Below are positions 1 to 12,808 of a stretch of DNA of 64,000 bases, piece after piece. The notes under the pieces are model-generated. The model worked only from the letters and a program-made list of their open reading frames with translations, had not been told where the DNA came from and searched no databases. Location of the stretch: the NCBI GenBank assembly GCA_052327205.1, contig CM126227.1:23436001-23500000 (forward strand), written 5' to 3'. The position numbers were made by a program, and so were the translations under genes. Within the stretch, counting starts at the first letter, position 1. Each line of letters starts with the position of its first letter. The DNA comes from Somniosus microcephalus. Taxonomy: Eukaryota.

Positions 1-284
1 GATAATAGACTATTAACAAGACATAGGGCAGCAACTGAATTAAGGGGCTCTGATTATGTCTTCAGAACCCCAACATTCAATTACCCTCTGGAACGTTTGC
101 CAGCCATTATTTGTTTTTTAAATATAAAGTGGGCTGGAGGGGAATTCCATGATCCCAGTTTCCAGCAAGGAAGCCACACACTCAGCTCAGTACAGAAGTC
201 TACATCACTCCCCAAGTCCTATAAAGCTGGCTTCCTCAAGGGAGCACAGGATCGGCCATTATATCTCATTTTTTTGTTGATGTT

Positions 285-870
285 TTTCCTCCCATTCTCT
301 CCTGAAGGTATTGACTCTCATTAGTTCCCTGGGTGCCAGAAGCCACTCTGCACATTTGCCTAGGTAGACAATCTTTGCAGATGAACAAGGACAGCGAGGA
401 CCAACAGGCTGTTCAACCAGAGACAACAAGAGCGCCAAGTGCAGCCTTGCCCTCGCTATAGTGATCTGGGTTGTTATGGTTGGGGTTGTCCACCGGGTGG
501 TGCTGTAGCCAATGCTGCTGCTAAGGTCAGGGGTTTCGCTTCCTGTATAGGTCAGCACAAGGTGGAATGTCAGGATGCTGATGCAGGCTGTCTGTAACTG
601 TGTTTCCCAGTTGTTAATAAAGTACTCGTGTTAATTCTAACATCTAGCCTCTGAGTTCCTTGTTCCACTTTCTGGATTTATCACATTCACCCAATGTCCA
701 ACACGTGCAGCATTTGACAACACTCACTGGACACAGATTGGAGATGCTGTTCTTGGCTGATTTTGCTGCTCCTGAGGCAGTGAGGCCAATGGTTTTATCC
801 AGCTGATAGTAGCTAATTCAGTGTGGATTGGAAATTGAAGCTGGAACCTTGGGCTGCCCAATGTAAACAA
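285..870 (-). mobile_element. Degraded AmnSINE2-like tRNA-SINE, split by a small LTR-like insertion
   Basis: Similar to the other copies in this window (ctcctgaagg..., ttcacccaatgtcca..., cttggctgatttt) and to the recalled AmnSINE2 consensus; boundaries approximate. Confidence 0.55.
457..685 (+). mobile_element. Small solo-LTR-like insertion (~230 bp)
   Basis: Interrupts the SINE; ends ...TATCACA and starts TATAGTGA (TG probably mutated); AATAAA at ~616; degenerate 5-bp TSD ctcgc/ttcac. Confidence 0.5.
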
Positions 871-879
871 GGTTACTAG

Positions 880-1350
880 TGGCCCATGAAAGGATTACCG
901 CCCTGTTTTTGCTGGTCTGTATCAGGCAGTGGGCCCCTTAAATATGTAAAAGGGGATCCTATGGCAGACGTAGGACCCGATTGCAATTTTGACAGACAAC
1001 TGGGCGGAGTGTGCAACATGCACGCCCCAGCCACTTTCACTGGGCGGTACTGCCAAAGAGGCACCAAAAAGATAAGTTTGCAATTATTATTTTATTTTTT
1101 AAATTTTTTTTTTGAGGCCACGGGATGCAGGAGTGCTCCTCTGGACTCCACAAGAATAATGTTGGTCCCCTGCCTCTCACCCCACCCCACCCCGCCAACC
1201 GATCTACCTTCCTGCCAGCTGGCTCGGTCTCTGGGCTATCTGTCCCTAATGTCAAATGACAGCATTCCCACAATGTGGGATGAGCTCTGCCCCTTTCTCA
1301 ATCGGTTGCCAGGAGTTCTGCTCCGCTGCACTTCTATCCGTGGAGCAGGT
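880..1350 (+). mobile_element. Degraded non-autonomous DNA-transposon (Harbinger-type MITE) fragment
   Basis: Shares the 'aag(a/g)taagttt...aattattttt...caggagtgctcct...' motif with the repeat at ~61500-61870. Confidence 0.5.
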
Positions 1351-4300
1351 CTCCTGTAATTTTGGTCCAGAGAATGTAACGCTGCTGGGTTTTCAAGTAT
1401 TACCAGGTTTTTTTTCTTTTTACGGTGGCAGAATGCAATTGAATACAAGCAGCATCTAATAGGATGTCAATATGTACATTTATTCAAGCATGTTACAGGC
1501 CTATTATCATTTCGGTTTAGCGCTGAGAAATATTGTTGATAGGGGCTGTAAAATAAGAATAGATCTATGCAATAATTTTATCATCCTATTACTACTTACA
1601 TATATAATCATGCTTTGGAAAATTATGGATTTTGATGATAATGTTGACAGCTTAGTAGATTTGTATTTCAACTCCTAGAAGACCAGCATAATACAAAAAT
1701 ACACAAGATGTACGTCAAGATGCACCAAAGAAGACACTAACTAGCAATACCATTACATTTCAATTTAGTTTCCTATCCAGGAAATTAACTCCAGCTAAGG
1801 TCATACAATATTATTGCTCCTGTCAATCCTTATCACAATTTGTAAACAGTTCTATCTGGAACCTTGCTCATTGTACTAGTCAGGCTTGCTGTGAAATCAT
1901 ACCTGTGATAGAACAGTATTAAAACTGTAGCAAATATAAAAAACATTGCCGACATATTGTTACTTCGGACATGATAACTTACATCTTAAGGCCAACTTTT
2001 CTACATGTCGTGTCCTATTATTTATAATCTAGTTTCATCCCCAATATATCAAATCCCTTAAGATGATCTAATTTGTTCACAATTCAGCTATAAGAAAGCA
2101 GCAGCACAGTTACATGTGTCTCCCAGGTTTATAAACAGCCCCCAGTTTCACATTACTTCGTACAGAGTTTAAATGGTGATATCGATGGGAAATGACAACA
2201 TTTTTTAAAATCGCCAGCACAGCCTGATGCCACAACAGCTCTATCTCAGAGGTGGCACAGTGGTGATGCTATACTTCCATCTTCCGATTGTATGAAGCCC
2301 GATTTGTGTATGCATAATATACATAGGATTAGGATTTGTTTAATCTCATATGATGGTTTTTTGCCTTCTTTTAACTTGTGCATTTGTACTGCAGCTAGAA
2401 ATAGTGAAATTATTAAATTGTTCATTCCTAGGATGCTTTAGGGTTTAATGTAGCAGTGTACAATTTAGCTGACTGTGCTGTTGGTTTGCTGCTGAGGTGT
2501 AGGATGTGAGGTGTAGCATGTGTGATTCATATTCTTTTTGTCAATATATTGGGAATCAAGATAGTCTTGAGATAGGAAATGGGACAATGGGCACAAGATG
2601 TTTAGTTACACGCTTAACGGTAAACAAATTGGTATTTTGTAGGAACTACCTCATTTCTGGGGGGGGCTTGTTCACAATAACACTTGTCATGCCATAATGA
2701 ATCATCAAGGACAATATGCATGATTAGAGGCCTATTAAGATCTTGAGCTTTCCTTCACAATTTGTAGAGAGAGACAAGAACAAAAGGTTCAATGATGATT
2801 ACGTCATTACCTAGCGGAAAAGTGGGGCAATTGCGTTTATTTCTCTGTATGACTGCTGCTTAGAGACATTGCATGTGTGAAGACTTGGTTGAACATGATA
2901 AAAGATTTAAGTTGCAACCATATTTGGTGGCAGATTCAAATTCTCTTACATTATTAACTTAAGAGCATGTGCGACCATTCCTCCGTGGCAACCAGTGAAG
3001 ACAAGACTTATTTAATATAGGATTTTAATCTTCATACATGCCAGGCTGAATACACAACAGTAAACAAATATATACATCTCAAAATTGCATCAGTAACATC
3101 AGCCCAGTGGTGGAGCAAAAATGTCACCCCTTTTTGTTAAACCCCATCAAAGATATGTTGCCCTATATCACCACAAAGGACAAAGATGTAACTGTTCTTA
3201 ATAAATTCTATAGCTTAAACGCTAGGAAATAAAATGGTAAATTAGGAAATCTACCGCTGCAGCTGTGCAATCAAATATAACTGAAAGTTGCTATGTGCAT
3301 TATAAAGTAGAAAGAATCTTATTTTTTTAATCTATATAAAATACTGTTAAATGTGTTTGAATGTAGATATGATAAAAGGAAGCAAATACAAGCCTGGCAT
3401 GTGTTTTACTGACCTTGCAGTCTGATTATAAGCAGCTTTTTTATCCCACCCAGTCAACTGCACACAACAGTGTTCTACTGTGCTAAGGATTTTACAGGGT
3501 TCTCTAAGAGGCCTGTATAATTCTTTTTATTTGAGGCTTTAAAGATTGAATGCAATTCTGTCCTCTTTAAAGTGAATTCATCAAAGTCAGTTACTTATCT
3601 ACCCTCTCTAGTCATTATGTGGTCAGTACGACTGATCAAAATCATGGACTATATGTGGTCAACCAATCTACAGTCTCCAGAGAGCTATAACATTAACTAG
3701 TCAGGTCTTTCCATTTGGAGATGTCCCATTGCAGTTCGATGATGTGGTTTAGACTCTAGTGATTTCTAGATCTTAACCATTAGTCTGCTGGATAATTCTA
3801 TCCTTATGTTCAAAAAGTACTGGCATTGACATTGAGGGCTGGATTTTCATTGGGGACTCAGGTAGGAGGCAGGACTACAACTTTCGGGGTTGTAGTCCCG
3901 CCGCCATCGAGTTCTAGCCAACCCACGTGATTTTGATTTGATTGACCTTGTTGAGCCCGTCCAGCGGGTTCAGCAGGCCAATTAAGGGCCACCCGGCAAC
4001 AGGTGACGTCACAGATTGATATTTCATCTGTCAAAACCTTTTGACAGATGAAATATCAGCATTTCACAGCTGTTTGAAGCTGTCAAACACTGACAATCTA
4101 TATTCTAAGTTAATTCCTTCCTCTCAGGATGATTTAGAGATCTCCCCGGAACAGAAAGCTGAATGCTGCAATTTTTGACAGCTCGCAGCCATTCTGCTTT
4201 TTGTGCCGGTGAGATGAGGGACTCCCGAGACCTGAAGGAAGGAAGGCTGTAAAGGTAAGTAAAGATATGTAAAACTTCTTTAAACACTTTACACACACTT

Positions 4301-4526
4301 ACCTCTGCACTCATGCACCCATCAGTCACCTGAACACCGGACATCTCGAACCCTCCAAGCCCTTTATCCCGACGGCCCGCCTCCTCTAACTTGGCGTGGT
4401 TTGGAGCCGTCGAGAAACCCACATGTCAACATTAAAAATAGGGATTAGGCTAAAAACTGCCTGTTAACAGGCAGATAATTGGCACTAATCCCTTCCCGCC
4501 TCAGGTACCCGCCTCCTTTGCAACTG

Positions 4527-4740
4527 TGGTGTGGAGATGCCGGTGTTGGACTGGGGTGGACAAATGTAAGAAGTCACACAACACCAGGTTATAGTCCAAC
4601 AGTTTTATTTGAAATCACAAGCTTTCGGAGCGCTGCTCCTTCGTCAGGTGAAGTGGAGAGTTGCCTAAAGACACAGCTTATATAGTCAGAGAATAATGCC
4701 AGATGATTACAGGTAATCTTTCTAACTGCCATTTATCACA
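4527..4740 (-). mobile_element. Penelope-like retroelement terminal (pLTR) fragment nested in the MITE
   Basis: Absent from the sister MITE copy; flanked by 12-bp duplication cctttg(c/a)aactg; contains a hammerhead core followed by AATAAA on the minus strand. Confidence 0.8.
4615..4651 (-). ncRNA. Minimal type I hammerhead ribozyme (Penelope-type)
   Basis: Minus strand reads tcac-CTGACGA-a-GGAGC-agc-GCTCC-GAAA-gc-TT-gtga: catalytic core, stem II, palindromic AGCT stem III, stem I tcac/gtga. Confidence 0.8.
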
Positions 4741-6799
4741 CCTTTGAAACTGGCATGGAGGTGGGTTGGGGGCGGGATGGGGTCGGGATGGGGTCGGGAC
4801 CCCCAATTTCAGGATTTTAACCCCCCACACGCCTCCAATCCCACCTCCACGGCCCAATGAAAATCCTGCCCTGAATGGCTGGAATTGAATATGGAAATAT
4901 TATATGAAACACAAACCAAGACCAAGTACCAACATTTTCAACAGTAGTGTAAATTCGTGAAATTTGGTGATGGCCCATTGTTTATTTCTGTTTTTAGAAA
5001 TGGATTTAAATGGAAAGTGGATTATATTGTGTGAAATACTGACCAAATCTGGAAGTGAACCAATGCAAACCTCCTCAATCTGGTGAACATCACATTTTTG
5101 TTAAGTTTTGCTTTTAATTTATCTAACAATAGCAATGATACCACCATGTCCCTCAAACATCCAACAAGAATGCTGAAAATTTGCAAGACTGGAAGTCTTT
5201 TGATCCTTCGCACGCTGCGTGATTAGTTCTAATGAAACTATTTGTCATGGCATGCAGTCAACTTAGACCAAACACACCCATGGGCATCGTTTATAGCCTC
5301 TAATAAATCCTTAAATGACACTGCACAAAATTCAATACCTTAACTATACTACAGTACTGTGGCCATGTTGTTTCGATTATGGATTTTTTTGATCAACATA
5401 AAATGTGGGAAAGCTGGAAGAAAGCCAAATACTGTTAATTTGCTCCAGAATTGATGAACAAACATCCATTGCAGAAACTGTCAGGATTTCATATACTTAG
5501 AACATCAGGTAGTGAATAAAAATATTGTGAGGATTCCATATCTGAATTGGGACTTTAAACCTTATTCACATCTCATTTTCCTTTGTAGAAAAAACACAAG
5601 CTAATGTGTCAAAGTGGTTTCTAAATAAATCATAATTGACTATTTATATTATGACAAAGCAGTTACGGCATGCTCTTTGTACAGTATCACTACAGTCAAG
5701 GTTGAAGATAAGAAAATGTAAAAGGCAGAAAATGTTACAAAAAAACAGTAGCATGTAAATAATATTTAAGGGCGATAAACACAATGAAGAGTGTTTATCT
5801 ATGTTTTGCTTTGACGGGCACCCTGGCAAGTAAACAGGATACAGCACTATCTGGAGTGAAGGAGTAATACATTCCTTATGTTGAAATACTTGCTGACAAG
5901 TGCATATGAAGCAATGAAGCACTCTGTAATGATTACCATACAGTCATTTCATAAAAGCGCTGCCCAGATTGCAAAAATGCCTCAATACTTTTTGAAATAG
6001 TAAAATGTTAGCTTTATAAACACTTCTGCTCCATGACTGACCATAGGGACTTTTTAAAAATAATTGAAAACAAGAAAATGCTCATTTTTCAAGTAATGTC
6101 TCAAGCACACGCCACTGAATTTCATTTCCATCTTCTATTCAGGTTAATTTAAAAGGAAGAAATCTTTAATTTAAAACAAATTTTTGTCAGTGCTTGCACT
6201 GTTTCTTTGTTTTTGATTTATAGCAAAATTGTAAATGCATTTTTTACAAACATATTTATAATTTTGGTACAAATAATGCACAGAATAAATCTTACACCAA
6301 TTTTACAAAATAATAAACAAAAATACAATTAGCTTTAATATTATATTTTTTTTAATTCTTCTTTCTTCTGTTCAATACATTTGTTGAATAATAAGTACTG
6401 ATGGCACCATTAGGAAGCTGTCTGGGAGGACTTGCTGATCTTGCCTGCATGATGGAGCTGAATTATGAGCAGAAACCCAGACATTAACCCTGGATGTCTT
6501 GGAAATTGTGTCATTTCATTTGTGTAGGACATTTCACCTCCCACACATTGTCAGGCTCAATAACTGCTCCAAAGCTAGTTCTCTACTCATGCTGTAGGCG
6601 GTCACTATTTAAGCAAAAATATTTCAGAAGGAGGAAATCTGAAAACAGTCAGAACACAAGAGATAAAGGATGTTGTGCTAACCCTACCCTGTCAATGTTT
6701 CATTTTTTAGACATTGTTGCTGTGAAGTCAGGAGGAGCAGCAGTGCTCCCCAACTCCATAATATTCCAATTGCCACCCGCCCTGAGATTTACCTTCAGA

Positions 6800-7397
6800 G
6801 CGCTGCAAGTGGTACGATATTTATCCCTTCAAAGCCAATCTGTCTGTGGGGGTACGACAGGAGGCGGCAGCTTGGCCAATGAATAGCAACAAGGCGCGAG
6901 GCCCAATTTCGGGCCGGCCTCAGGACTCCCGGTTCGAGCGCTCGTCGCAGCTGCATCACCGCCTTCGCATCTGAAACCAGGCCGCCGACAAATTTATACC
7001 CTGTGGCAGAGCTACTGAGGGACTCTGAACAACTGTACATAATTCCCTTTAACGATGTGTTAGCTACAGACTAAATCTGTACCTTTGTATATACTGTTTG
7101 CATGTACAGTGCGCGGTCCCTTTAAGAGTGCAGGCAAACGCAATGATGTCATGCTGCTAATCACGTGATCACCCAAACGCGGGAAAAACGTGATGACGTC
7201 ACGACGCCATCCACGGGACCGCCCAGGCAGTGCTCGTGGAGCTTCCGACCTGTTAAGACCTGTATTCATAGTTCTCTTGCATCAATCTGTTTAAACTCGT
7301 TAGTTTGACATTAAAAACCTTTTTGATTGATTGCCTGCGTCGAACTCAATCTCTAGATAGGAATTTGACCATTCCTACAACCCCATCGTGTTTAACA
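6800..7397 (+). mobile_element. CpG-rich unclassified repeat with an LTR-like 3' part (~7058-7397)
   Basis: CpG-rich island in AT-rich DNA; TGTTA...TAACA ends; gtccctttaag motif similar to the 22181 LTR; CACGTG and TGACGTCA boxes; ATTAAA; no clear TSD. Confidence 0.45.
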
Positions 7398-7788
7398 CTG
7401 CATTCCATGAACATTGAGACAAATCCTTTTTTTTTTTACAAAGACAAATTCTGCAGAGATTAACATACACAATTCTGACATTTAGTCATCTTTGTTTCGC
7501 TCCATCAAAAATCTAACAAACTATGTTTTATGCCAGATGCATATTGTAGTTACATCCATCAAGGCAATGGAAATGTTGTTCTACAGATCAGCCAGTCATA
7601 TTTTCAGGAACTAAAATAAGGTTGAGTAGTACTGGTAATTTATGGTGCAATTATACTGTTGGCACCATACATTGCAGAATTATAGTGCTCGCTTGCCCTG
7701 ATCTCTAAACGTATGTTCAAATCTCTGCTCACCAGCCCAAGTTGCCAGTGAAATTTTTAAGATTAGGAAAATGCTGACTATCCAGTTA

Positions 7789-8088
7789 CAGGAAACTTTG
7801 GTTTATCCGGAGGTTGTATGTCCGGAAACCTCGATCTAACGGCAGAAATCAGCAGCCGTTTTGTTAGGTTTTTTTTCTTCTCGCATTTTTTTCTTCTCCT
7901 AGCATTTTTTTTTAAACAGTCAGTCTCTGGAAAGCCTATCTGAAGCTGTTGCTAAGCAACAGTGCTTGTTGTCAGATACGGAGATGAAAACCTCCGTATC
8001 CTTCAACATTAGCGCTGGTCTGTCCAGAAGTTTTCATAGATCGGCATTACGCCGGTCCCGTCGGTGCTGGATATCGCGAAGTTTCCTG
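7789..8088. mobile_element. Tc1/mariner (Tigger/pogo-like) MITE, copy 1
   Basis: TA|CAGGAAACTT...AAGTTTCCTG|TA; inverted sister copy at 11643-11977. Confidence 0.9.
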
Positions 8089-10735
8089 TAGTTCGTTTTG
8101 CATCATTAGTGAGTTCCAGCATTTGCTAGCATTGAATTTCAAAATTATAGTTAGATATGCTGCAATCTCTCGGAAGTTGGAATTGTGTGTCACACCACCT
8201 CTGTCAGATGGTCTCACAGCACTAGGAGAATACCAAACTGATGCCAGGTAGGTGTTAGGTGCACATTGCATTATATAACTCATCTTGCATCAATGCAATT
8301 CAAACATGTCTTTTCACTGATGCAAGGTTTGCAATCTAACTGTCCCATTAGTGTTGACGGAGAACCTCTGACTGCCTATAAATCTTACACTACGATTGCA
8401 AAGCCACTGCAGTGATTTATTAGCTAAGCCCCCTTTAATAAATTTGTGTCATGCCCATCTTAAAAAAACTTGTGCAAAAAAAATTCTGCAAGGGAACACT
8501 TAAAAAGTACATGATGTGCATCAAATAACTCCAGTAGCATGTTCAATTATGGCCTTCCTGCAAGGGTCAGAATTAAACATGCAACTGAAGTTATTCGATG
8601 CATATTAAGTATTTGAGCGCATCGACTTCTGGAGAGCACAGAACGGTGCGTAAACAGGTCATACAGAACAAAGCAGAAACTGGAGTTCACCCCGCAAACT
8701 GCAAACAGGGAAGGGTCACAAGTTCATATTTTTCCAGAGAGACTGAAATTCTAATCTACATGATTAGATTGTTAAATTGATTGTTAGTGATTTAACATTT
8801 TTAAGAATGTCGACTTAAAGCTGCTCCACATCACACACTGCTGAAGATTGGTAGAAACATAGGACGGTCATCTGGACGGAGATGCTGAAGCTTCTGACTC
8901 ATATATCCACTTCAGTCACACTGATAGTGGACAAGAGAAAAGTATTAAATGAAGGACAGAAAGGAAAAGAACCAGCATAATGGAATGTAAAAATTGCCAA
9001 AATTACAAAACTAATGGAAAACAAGAAAGGACAATCTAAGAAAGAAATCAAGATAAAAGAGAAGCAAAAACAAAAGGCAATTTGCTTCGATTAGAAGAAA
9101 ATTAAACCTCAATACGGGTAATCTGAAACAGAAACAGAACATACTGGATATACAAAGATCCATCACCTCTGTAATGAGGTCTACACCCATAACATTAACC
9201 ACTCTTTCCCTTTGCGGTTGCTTACGGTTCCCTCTGCGTATTTCTGGGATTTTTCTGTTTTTAAGGCCAATTGCTGAAGCTGGAATAAGACATTAAAACA
9301 AAAATAGAAAAAGAAAAACACCCCCACAATTAAATGGAAAATAACTGTTAAAAACCTTGCCCTGTCTTTAGTTACAGGGTAGCTGCTCGATACCCTCGTC
9401 CCTCTACCCCATCTGACATTTAACTTCACATTCAGGGCAGGAAGTGGACCAGCATCATTTAAAAATCCACACAGCCTCCTGCTGCCTCTGGCTGGAGCAG
9501 AATCCCCCACGGGAACCCGCTCCAAGTTAAAATCCACCCCGGCTAATGCATCTTGAAAATTATTTGTTTAGAAAATGAAGCGCTTCATTATTCATCAATT
9601 TGTTTTGCAAAATTGTCAACTACACCTCCTTACCATCAAGCTGAAAAACTAGCTATATTAAATTATTAAGAAACAGGCATTAAGACTGTATAGACATGGA
9701 TTCATTAAGCCCCAAAATAAAAGATTTGAGAAAACTTACGTCCATTTTTCCTTGAAAGTGGATAGTGAGTTATATGTGAGGGTTGATTTTTTTTTAAAAA
9801 TTCAAATTAAACTAGAGCATATCTGTCTGGATTTCTCTTTTGAAGCAATCACAAATTAGGTTGATTGGACCTTCTAGGAGTTAAACTTGCTATCAAGAAT
9901 CTGAAAGGCTCTTAATTTTAATTTCTCAAGCATAAAAGAAATCAATTGAATGCAACTGGCTGCTTAAGAATCAAAATTATCAAGTGATTTTGACGCCGTC
10001 TGGATCACTGATCCAACGTATGTATTGATGACATTAAATGTTTGTCTCGTTCAGTACAAAAGTAATGCATTACTTTGCCTCAGGAAAGTCTTGAAATGCA
10101 CTTGCACTACCCCATTTGACATTTAACTTCACAGTGCATCAAGTAAATGTCAGAAACTGTCTCTTTCCCCATTTTAGATAGGCACCCATCAATGCTAATG
10201 GGCTTTATAGATTTCTTTTTTCAAGGTTCTACTTGGAAGCAAAACTAAAACCCAACAACAAATACTCCTAGCCATCTGATTACTATCTACTGCAATTTTT
10301 TCCAAATCAATGAAAAAAATCTATACATATATTAAAACTATTGTGTAGGGCTTGCATCTTCCTGTCCATAAACATTACTTCCCACTGTCACAATCTTTGG
10401 GCATGCTTTTGTCAACATTTGCCACTGTAAATTGTATGTCAACATTTCCCATTCAATTTTGCTATGTCAACTGTCACGATATAGCCCCAAGCCTCTGGCC
10501 ACTCGGCGGATCTGAGGAACAAATTTCTGACGTCGCTCGCCCAACTCTGTCACCATCCTGTATGTTTAAAAAACAACTTATATTCATGGACTGACTTGTG
10601 GGAAATGCCACCGGAATTTTACTAGTCCATTCTATGTTGTTAATGCAATTTGACCTCCCGCGGCTTTGCTCACAGACCTAAAAAGGGTTTCTTTCCTCAT
10701 GTATCTCTGCTCATCGTCCTTCCCCTAATTCTTAT

Positions 10736-10884
10736 GGGGCAATTTTAACCTGACCTCCTAGGCAGGAATGAACTGATTTGGATCTGCCGAGCGTTAGAAA
10801 ATGGAAAGTAAAATAGGGCGGGGTGTAGAAGGCATGGCCGATCTGGACAGATTCCCGCCGGGTGGGTTAGGTCAAAAATACCCC
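10736..10884. mobile_element. Short palindromic MITE (Harbinger-type ends)
   Basis: TIRs ggggcaattttaacct / aggtcaaaaatacccc with an imperfect fold-back over the whole length. Confidence 0.7.
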
Positions 10885-11224
10885 ATTTGTCTCACTCTTT
10901 TTCGCTTTGCTGTCAAATCTTCCCTTTCCCTCTCTGTCTCACTAAAAACAGAAAATAGAAACACTTTGGGCAGTATAAGGGCAGCTGATTTAATGCACAC
11001 TCAAAATGCTATGAACAAATTAAATAAAAAAACAAAATAATTATAAAATTGTGCATTGGTCCTTGCAAAATAAACACTCGGGATAGGTATATAAATGGGA
11101 AAATAATTTAGAAATTTTACAGACTATTTGAAATACACAAAAATGGTCAGAAGCAGTGGCTTCTGGTTTTCTGGCAGAAGCTGGTATCAGTGTACAGGAA
11201 ACATAACAAAACTACCTGGTACTA

Positions 11225-12590
11225 CATAGTATTTACTGCACAGAAACAGGCCTTTCGGCCCAATAGGTCCATGCCAGTATTAATGTTCCAGCCGAGTCTC
11301 CTTCCACCCTTCTTCATCCCCATCAACATATCCTTCTATTCCTTTCTACCTCATGTTTATTCACCTATTTCCTGTGATAGTGAGTTCCACATTCTAATCA
11401 CTCGCTGGGTAAAGAGATTTCTCCTGAATTCCCTATTGGACTCATTACTGACTATCTTATATTGATGGCCCCTAGTTCTAGTCTCCCCCACAGGTGGAAA
11501 CATCTTCTCTACATCTACCCTATCAAACCCTCTCATAATCTTAAAGATCTCTATCAGTCTTTTCTTTTCTAGAGAAAAGAGCCTCAGCTTGTTCAAACTT
11601 TCCTGAGAGGTATAACCTCTCAGTTCTGGTATCACCCTAGTACAGGAAACTTCGCGATATCCGGCACCGATGGGACCGAGCTGGTGCCGTTAGATCAAAA
11701 CTTCCGGATAGACCAGCGCTAATGTTGAAGGATACGGAGGTTTTCATCTCCGTATCTGACAACAAACACTGTTGCTTAGCAACAGCTTGTAAACACTCGG
11801 CCCGTACCTTGGAAGCGTCTCTGAAGCTGTTGCTAAGCTACAGAGACGTTTTCCACAGCCTGACTGTTTAAAAAAATGCTAGGGGAAGAAAAAAAAACCT
11901 AACAAAACAGCTGCTGATTTCTGCCATTAGATCGAGGTTTCCGGACATGCAACCTCCGGATAAACCAAAGTTTCCTGTAAATCTTTTTTGCACCTTCTCC
12001 AGTACCTCTATATCCTTTTTATAATATGGAGACCAGAATTGTTCACAATACTCCAAGTGTGGTCTAACCAAGGTTCTATACAAGTTTAACATAACTTCTC
12101 TGCTTTTCAATTCTCTCCCTTTAGAAATGAACCCCAGAGCTTTGTTTGGTTTTTGTATGGCCTTGTTAACTTACGTTACTACTTTCAGTGATTTGTGTAT
12201 CTGTACCCTGAGGTCCCACTGCTCCTCTACCCCATTTAGACACTTATTTTCCAAGGAGTAAGTGGCCTCCTTATTCTTCCTGTCAAAATGTACCACCTCA
12301 TACTTATCGATATCGAAGTTCATTTGCCAATTATATGCTCATTCTGTAACTTTATTAATGTCTTCCTGTATTTTATCGCAGTCCTCCTCTGTAATAACTA
12401 CACCCCCCAATTTGATGCCATCCGCAAATTTTGAAGTTGTACTTCCGATTCCCGAGTCCAAATCGTTTGTGTAAATGGTGAACAGTGATCCCAGCACCGA
12501 TCCGTGTGGAACACCACTTCCCACCTTTTGCCAATGTGAGTAACTACCTTTAAACCCCATCTCTGTTTTCTGTTTTGCACCCTTACCTAT
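11225..12590 (-). mobile_element. CR1 LINE 3' fragment (RT C-terminus plus 3' UTR), interrupted by a MITE
   Basis: ORF pieces [52 protein letters not shown] match CR1 ORF2. Confidence 0.92.
11643..11977. mobile_element. Tc1/mariner (Tigger/pogo-like) MITE, copy 2, inserted in CR1
   Basis: TA|CAGGAAACTT...AAGTTTCCTG|TA; CR1 sequence resumes on both sides. Confidence 0.92.
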
Positions 12591-12808
12591 CCATCTCTGT
12601 CTCTGCACTGAACCACTTCAGCATCCTGTCTATGCACCCCTCACACTCGCTCTCACTGTCATGCAGTGACAACAACTAAACACACAGGGAGCTAGCTTCC
12701 TCTTGGCACCTTACCCAATCTTCATCTCACTCAAAGCTTCTATGGTAGGGATTATTCACACTCACTCCATCACAGTGGTTGAAACTCTGCTTGTGTCCCT
12801 CCTTGCAG

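Larger units (their letters stand above)
3836..4871. mobile_element. PIF/Harbinger-type non-autonomous DNA transposon (MITE), copy 1
   Basis: TIRs gggctggattttcattggg / cccaatgaaaatcctgccc; 3-bp TSD TGA; highly similar inverted copy at 60590-61399. Confidence 0.9.

Noticed and set aside
4105-4422. Conserved small protein (similar ORF at 60829-61212)
   Set aside because: The similarity arises from two copies of the same MITE; no recognisable domain.
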